The notes below the pieces were generated by a model. The model was not told the origin of the DNA. It saw only the letters and a program-made list of their open reading frames with translations, and made no database searches. Position numbers and translations under genes: made by a program. Below are positions 56,288-64,000 of a stretch of DNA of 64,000 nt, piece by piece. Origin of the DNA: Eledone cirrhosa (lineage: Eukaryota); the NCBI GenBank assembly GCA_964016885.1, contig OZ024756.1:33604001-33668000 (forward strand), given 5' to 3'. Position 1 is the stretch's first letter. Each line of letters opens with the position of its first letter.

Positions 56288-57635
56288 TTATTTTCTAACA
56301 TAATACAGGGAAATTTGAGGAAGTCTCTAAAAAACAAGGCAACCACCTTTAATATTTATCTCTGGCTGACGTACGTATGGGTGGTCTTCGCTTTTCGAAG
56401 TGAGCATTCGATATACAATCAGCTGGTAATGTTTACGATAGAAATCATGTTAAGAATTATCTTCATTTCAAACCCGTACAATGACGAATTTGAAGTCCCT
56501 TTCAGCAGTGGTGATGTAAATGATCCTCCTGTCAGTGATTGATATCATGTGATATGCACATTCTTTGTGGATCCCTGTTAGACTTGGTTGTTTCCCGATA
56601 TTTTTCATTCGTTTCTATTCAATATTATTTGGGATAGACTTGGAAGTATTTCCTCTGTGATACTTGGTAGTTTTAACTAGACTATCATTATCCAAAATCT
56701 ACCAAAAATGTCCTATATCTCTTCGCTATTGAAGTCGCATTGATTTCTACGCAGTACATCGTAAAAATTAGTTCTGTGATAGAGATGTACTGTTTGCTTT
56801 CGTCTTCAAAAGCATTGTTTCCGACCTACGTAACAACGCGATATTTGTGATTTATCAGAAATATCTTGTTTTAGGCGTTCTCAGATGTTTGTTTGTTTAT
56901 CTAGTTTTATATTTTCGTACTATTTATCTCCCTAATACTTATTTTAGTTTAGATTTTATTTTTACTGTGCTATCGTATATCTCATTAAGGATTGTGAGAT
57001 CTCTTTGTTTTCTTTTTGGCTTGTTTTGTTTTGTTTTGTTTTTTTTTGTTTTGTTTTATCTTATTTTTATACACCTACACCACAACAACATCATCCACCC
57101 TGTGCTGTTTTTTTCATTGGTTGATTGTTTGTTTGTTTACGTTCAGATCATCCAATACGAGATGTTTCAGCCTATACCTAGATTACTGTGTGACTAATGC
57201 ATAGCAGATGTTCCATTGATTTTGTAGATTCATTTATATAACATAACGTCTTATTGATATTTACATCTCTTTCCATATGTCTATAATGGTTCAGTTTAGT
57301 TTAACTTTTTGTTGTTATCACTGTTCTTATTTTATCATTAAGTCTTATCGTTTGGGACTATCTTTCATTGGTCCATAGGAAGAACGTATTGATTATTCTT
57401 TCCTTAACTATTTCCATCTTCAGATTATTGTCATATTTCAATATTTCCGACTTTAGATCTTTCAGCCTTTTGAACATTACATTCTTATATATATTCAATA
57501 TTGTTTATATATTTGCTTTGGGAAAATAATGGTTTGGTATTTGTTGGTTAATATTTCTATCTATCTATCTTTCTTTATTTCCCTCTCTCCCCCCCCCCCT
57601 CTCTCTCCCTCTCTCTCTATTTATCTCTCTATCTA

Positions 57636-57960
<325 letters not shown>

Positions 57961-58093
57961 ATATATATATATATATATATCAGGAAGAGTTTGGCCCCGA
58001 CGGCTAAGTTCCTGCCGTTTCGACAGCTAATTACAGACCTATATATCTATGTATCTATACACACACGCAGATATGTATGTATATATATACATT

Positions 58094-58127
<34 letters not shown>

Positions 58128-58385
58128 AATGTATGTGTGCGTATGTGTATGCGTGTGCCTGTGTGTATGCATGAGCGTGTGTATGTGCGTGTGTACGTCA
58201 GTGTGTTTACTGTTCAGATTCGGTTGTGTGCTGCTTATTAGTTTATTTGCTTTCATTTGTTCAGTGCATCTGTGTAATGCTTGTTTTTGCTTGTGATAAA
58301 TAAATCTATCTTCCTTATCAATAAATTATTCAATGTTTCAAGTTTTAATTATATATATCTCTGTTGCTAAGTACGTAAACATATA

Positions 58386-58430
<45 letters not shown>

Positions 58431-58720
58431 GTATTCGTTCGTATATCATTTGCGTTCATTTATTTGCATTTTCCTTGTGTATTCCTCTTGTTTGCCTGCT
58501 ATATATGGGTGCCTGACATATGTAGTGTATATATATATACACTACATATGTCACGGGCGCTCTATCTGGAAATTATTTTTGAAAAGCATTAGAAATGCGC
58601 AACCGGTAAAAACTTAAAACTAAACTGAATACTAACCAATACTTATTACTAATTTTTACTTATTCCTAATTAAACTATTTTTCACTGGGAAAAATTTGTC
58701 ACCATTTTCTTTTCCTTTTA

Positions 58721-58752
<32 letters not shown>

Positions 58753-58758
58753 CGCGTG

Positions 58759-58793
<35 letters not shown>

Positions 58794-58898
58794 TGGTGGG
58801 CTACCACAAATTCAATTTGTCTAGTTCGATATACTTATATATATATATATATATATGAATACATATAAAAGAAAATATTTATATATGTATGTGTGTGT

Positions 58899-59002
<104 letters not shown>

Positions 59003-59388
59003 GTGTATGTACATATGTATGAGTGTTTGTGTGTTTTCACTTTGAAATATCTTCATAGGTTATCTAGTCTGTTGGGATCTTATCTTTCACTCCGTATAAT
59101 GTTTTCTCTCCCATGCCTCAATACACAATTATGTTGCTTCTATTCACGTTATTCTTGTTCCTTTTCATCCTTCTCTTCTATGCATAGTCATTAAGGTTTC
59201 ACATTTATATATTTTCACTTCAGTTCAATATATTCTGAGTTCAAATCCAGCCCATGTCGACTTTGCATTTCATTCATTCTTCGACCGATAAACAAAATAA
59301 GAGTCCATCATAAGATGACTATATTTGTGTTTCTAATTTTCTTCCTATTCCAGTTCAATATCGTACATTCATACATGTGTTTTCTCTG

Positions 59389-59426
<38 letters not shown>

Positions 59427-59770
59427 GATATTAATAAAAATAATGATTTCTACTCTAGGCACAAGGCCAGCAATTTTGGGTGAGGGGAAAGTTGATTAAA
59501 TCGACTCCAGTTCCTTATTGGTAGTTTATTTTATCGACCCCATAAAGATGATATCTCGGCGGATTTGAATTAAATGGCAAGATTTTTTTATCACGCCGTT
59601 TACTTCACTTTACACATCGCCAATACACACACAAACACACACATACACACACACACACACACACTCACAAACACACATTCACTCACACACACTAACACAC
59701 ACAAACATAAAGCAGCGATTCTTTGCTTAAATTTAATCTGTTATTTTAATATATATATATATATATATAT

Positions 59771-60188
59771 TAGTAATTTTGTATTCCAATGTTACTAAGT
59801 AGTTGCATTGGATGGAGTCAACCGACGTCAGAGATTGCTCAACATATAATAAAGTGTGTTTTAAAATCCGGAGAAAATATGGAGAAGAAGTTTACGAAAT
59901 TGAAATGCGGGTATATAGAATTTATTAGGTAACAATTGTTTCTATAGTGTATGGGTTACCTATACCTCGCTATTTGAATAATATACAAATATTATCATAA
60001 ACCGAAGGTACACTGTAAGCAAACACACCATGTCTTCAGACCATGGTGTGTTTGCTTACAGTGTACCTTCGGTTTATGATAATATTTGTATATTATTCAA
60101 ATAGCGAGGTATAGGTAACCCATACACTATAGAAACAATTGTTACCTAATAAATTCTATATACCCGCATTTCCATTTCGTAAACTTCT

Positions 60189-60192
<4 letters not shown>
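59771..60192 (-). mobile_element. Penelope-like fold-back: 151-bp arms, 9-nt loop, tail
   Basis: Arms 59882-60032 and 60042-60192 (one mismatch seen), loop tcttcagac. The minus-strand tail runs to (TA)n at 59770. Confidence 0.88.
59928..60042 (-). ncRNA. Type I hammerhead ribozyme with 90-nt stem II
   Basis: GGT-CTGAAGA-[90-nt imperfect hairpin]-GAA-AC-aatt-GT-T-ACC-tAATAAA. Confidence 0.8.
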
Positions 60193-60242
<50 letters not shown>

Positions 60243-61855
60243 AAGAGAGAGAGGGGGATACAAGGCTTATGCCTTCCTCTTTTGGCCAATACTCTATGGC
60301 TTCGATATCGTAAGTACTTTATTCATATGCCAACCTCCTAACAACACAACTATGCTTGTATGTAAGCCTCCGACATTTTGAACGTACTGGATTCTATTCA
60401 ACAATTAAATACTTCGTTATGTATTACGAAATCCCTCAAAAATATCTTTGAAATACAAAATCTTAGTGATTCTTATATAATGATTATGTAGCTTTTAATA
60501 TGTTATATACTAATGTTCACGGAATTATATTCCAATATGTAACGGCGTTCACTCTTCATTATCTTCCAACAAATGTTATTTGTGCCGGGATGTATTTGAA
60601 GGAGATACAATCAACGAGTTTAGAGTGTAATTTAGCATTGTATTTTCCAATTATATACCAAGCATTAGGATTTAGCGGAAGGGATAATAGTCTCTTGATA
60701 GTTATACCGAATGCTTGAGCATTATTTAAGTAACTGAAATTATATTGAAATTTATACAAATTGGAAATGGAATAAATCATTTGACTCCGGATCGATAAAG
60801 ACGTTAAAAGCTAAACATTTTCTGGAACAATGCGTGCATTTCTCCTGCCAGCAACACTTTAGTTTCAATAGGGAAACTAAAAGCTTCCTAACGGTAAAAT
60901 TCTCACAGGATTTCACGCCAAGCGACCGATCAGATGTACGTTTTCTAATGACAAACATTAAATCCCAATCGAAATTATATAAAAAGGAAACAGTCATTAA
61001 ATATATGCGGTCATGCACGTTCTTACAATGTGGACATTATACTATACTGAGTTACGTACAATAAGTGTTAGATGATGTAATGTTATTGGGAATTGTGTAT
61101 GTGTTAGTAGAAGATGTAGTCCATAGATGATTGACGCGACATTTATTTTCACATACTATATAACCTCAATCCATTTTAACTGAATATATTTGATTCGATA
61201 TTTGATTTTGTTTTTCTTTCTAATGCTTTAAACCGGAAGACGTCCAATACCTTCAGCTATTACATAAACTTGTCAAACTGATATATTCGACATTGTTTAT
61301 GTACGAGAAGGGAACGTTTATAGAATGAGGTTAAAAGCAGAAGGGGAATTTCAGTGACTATACGTTCCGAATTGAACCGACTGAGGATCTGTTTGCGTAG
61401 TGCCTACATAGTAAACACAGTATAAATGAAGAGAAGAGTTGATTGTTGGCTAATTTTGAGTCGATGGGATATAAGCAAAGAAATTCAATGAAGAAAAAAG
61501 AGCACAGCAATAAGTGTAAAAGAATGGGTGTAAGAAAGCAACACCTATAAGGGAAAGATACTGAAATTTTCTGCTGAGCGATTTGATGCCAATCACGTAA
61601 TCAGAGAGATTTAGGAAGCATGTGAGTTAGAATATCTGAGTAGTGGCAGTAACGTCAAGTTTATAGTGGAATACCAACATTGCGATTGTACAAAAGTTTG
61701 AATCAAGCTGATATATATAATGAGCTTAGATAGATATTTGCTGGTCTGCTGAGGTGTGTAGGATTAATAAAAGAAAGTATTTAGAATTCTCGGCAAGCTA
61801 TTTCAGAGAAGTGGTTGTAGAAAAGTAAAAATACTAACTGTCTTCATCTCATACA

Positions 61856-62208
61856 TTGTTGGGTTGTTAATTCACTGAGGAACTGGAGTCATATGACTCC
61901 AGTTCCTCAGTGAATTAACAACCCAACAAGGAACTGGGCATATCAGAGTATTGACAATATTATACACCTAAACAACATATGTACTTGTCTATACCATACT
62001 AATTCAAACTGCCTGAAGAGGTCACAGCCAAAGATGGCTGTCACTGAAATATATATAGCAGTAATAAACGAAGCTAAATTTTAATCATTTGACTTTTATT
62101 TAACTTTATTTTACACTACTCCGGAGTAACCAAACCAACCTGCGCACTTCGTCGAGTGCTCCAGCATGCATACTGAGGTGTTGGTATACAACCAACATAA
62201 ACTCAAAA

Positions 62209-62210
<2 letters not shown>
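61856..62210 (+). mobile_element. Penelope-like terminal fragment: perfect 74-bp palindrome + HHR + tail
   Basis: Loopless palindrome at 61856-61929, HHR at 62008-62062, AATAAA at 62063, tail to (TA)n. Confidence 0.8.
62008..62062 (+). ncRNA. Type I hammerhead ribozyme, intact core
   Basis: ACTGC-CTGAAGA-ggtcACAGCCA-aaga-TGGCTGTcact-GAA-AT-atat-AT-A-GCAGT; AUA triplet. Confidence 0.88.
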
Positions 62211-62261
<51 letters not shown>

Positions 62262-62262
62262 T

Positions 62263-62322
<60 letters not shown>

Positions 62323-62865
62323 TTGTATACAATTAATTTTTCTTCTATATGTTATATATACTTACTTCATTCTGATTCTGTATTCTGTGATAAATCTTTC
62401 ACGGTGTTGCCATTTTTTCATACTTTCTATATTGCTACAACTCTTTATATTCACTTTCAATTTTTGAAAAGACAAAATTTAACATCGGAATTAGCTTCCA
62501 TTCTGCCGCTCTCAAACTAAGTAAATAGAGTAGATATAAATAATATAATATAACAATAAGACTATGAATGTGTGACACAATGTATAAACTTTAATCAGAT
62601 TAAATCTAAAACATTTAAATGCATTTACTTGCTACGTTAACAATAAGTGTATGTTTGTACCATTTTTTTTTTTTATTGTTCTATATTTTCATATATTTTT
62701 CTTGTATTATCCTTCAGCTCGTTTGTCTTTCGTTATTTAGTTTTTATTTATACATACATATATACAAACATACATCTATACATAGATACATACATACAAC
62801 CTAATGTAACTCTACAATTTCCTCCTGTGTTTTGTTCGTTCATTTTCAACTACAAACGTATAGAG

Positions 62866-63065
62866 ATACATACATATATACATTCATACATATATACATA
62901 CATACATATATACATACATACATAAATATATACATACATATATTCATATATACATAATGCATACATACATACATACATACATACATACATACATACATAC
63001 ATACATACATACATACATACATACATACATACATACGAATATACATACGAATATACATACAAATA
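62866..63065. repeat. (CATA)n microsatellite
   Basis: Direct inspection. Confidence 0.95.
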
Positions 63066-63271
63066 TACCGACATACGTAAAAATATGTATAGATAAATTC
63101 ATGCATACATATATAGTACCACTCACACAAACTCACACACAAACACGTAAATATATACATATATTTGCTCCGTCGACCCAGCATTGGTCTTACTTTTAAG
63201 GTAAGAAATAATTTTCGACTGAACTACAAAAAAAAGAAATCGTCACAGAACCGAAAGAATACTAATACAAT

Positions 63272-63820
<549 letters not shown>

Positions 63821-64000
63821 GTGTGAGTGTATGTATATTTACCTTGTACCTGATATACTGCTGGATGATTCTTTTTCTCTCCTGTGAAACTTTTCGAAAA
63901 TCAAGATTATATATATGGTTGGTTTCTTAGTTTTGTTTGTCTCATGTTTTCTTCTATCTTTATAGTAATATTTATCTTTATATATATAATAATATTTATC

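Noticed and set aside
61180-61430. Minus-strand YYVGTT, possibly a second GIY-YIG remnant
   Set aside because: Too many stops and frameshifts to call without a profile search.

Overview
AT-rich, microsatellite-saturated eukaryotic DNA. The SINE and LINE families look like those of an Octopus-type cephalopod genome (inference from family patterns, no search run). I see no confidently identifiable intact host gene; almost all ORFs in the track are translations of (TA)n/(CA)n repeats. The window holds >25 copies or fragments of tRNA-derived SINEs, several with clean target-site duplications, decayed LINE fragments (RTE-like, Tx1/L1-like, HERO-like RLE) and a possible LTR/PBS remnant. The main hidden signal is about ten type I hammerhead-ribozyme (HHR) motifs plus several half-motifs, mostly followed by AATAAA and embedded in (TA)n tracts. 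One is attached to a Penelope-like endonuclease C-terminal remnant (22381-22685). Seven loci are head-to-head fold-backs, and in three of them the turn falls on the CUGANGA catalytic core. The arms tend to end at two recurring positions: shortly after the HHR/AATAAA, or after a longer tail carrying a shared YRTYGAGY motif. HHRs in Penelope-like elements are known. The fold-back position, two-end geometry, 84-90 nt stem II insertions and tail motif are what merit follow-up.
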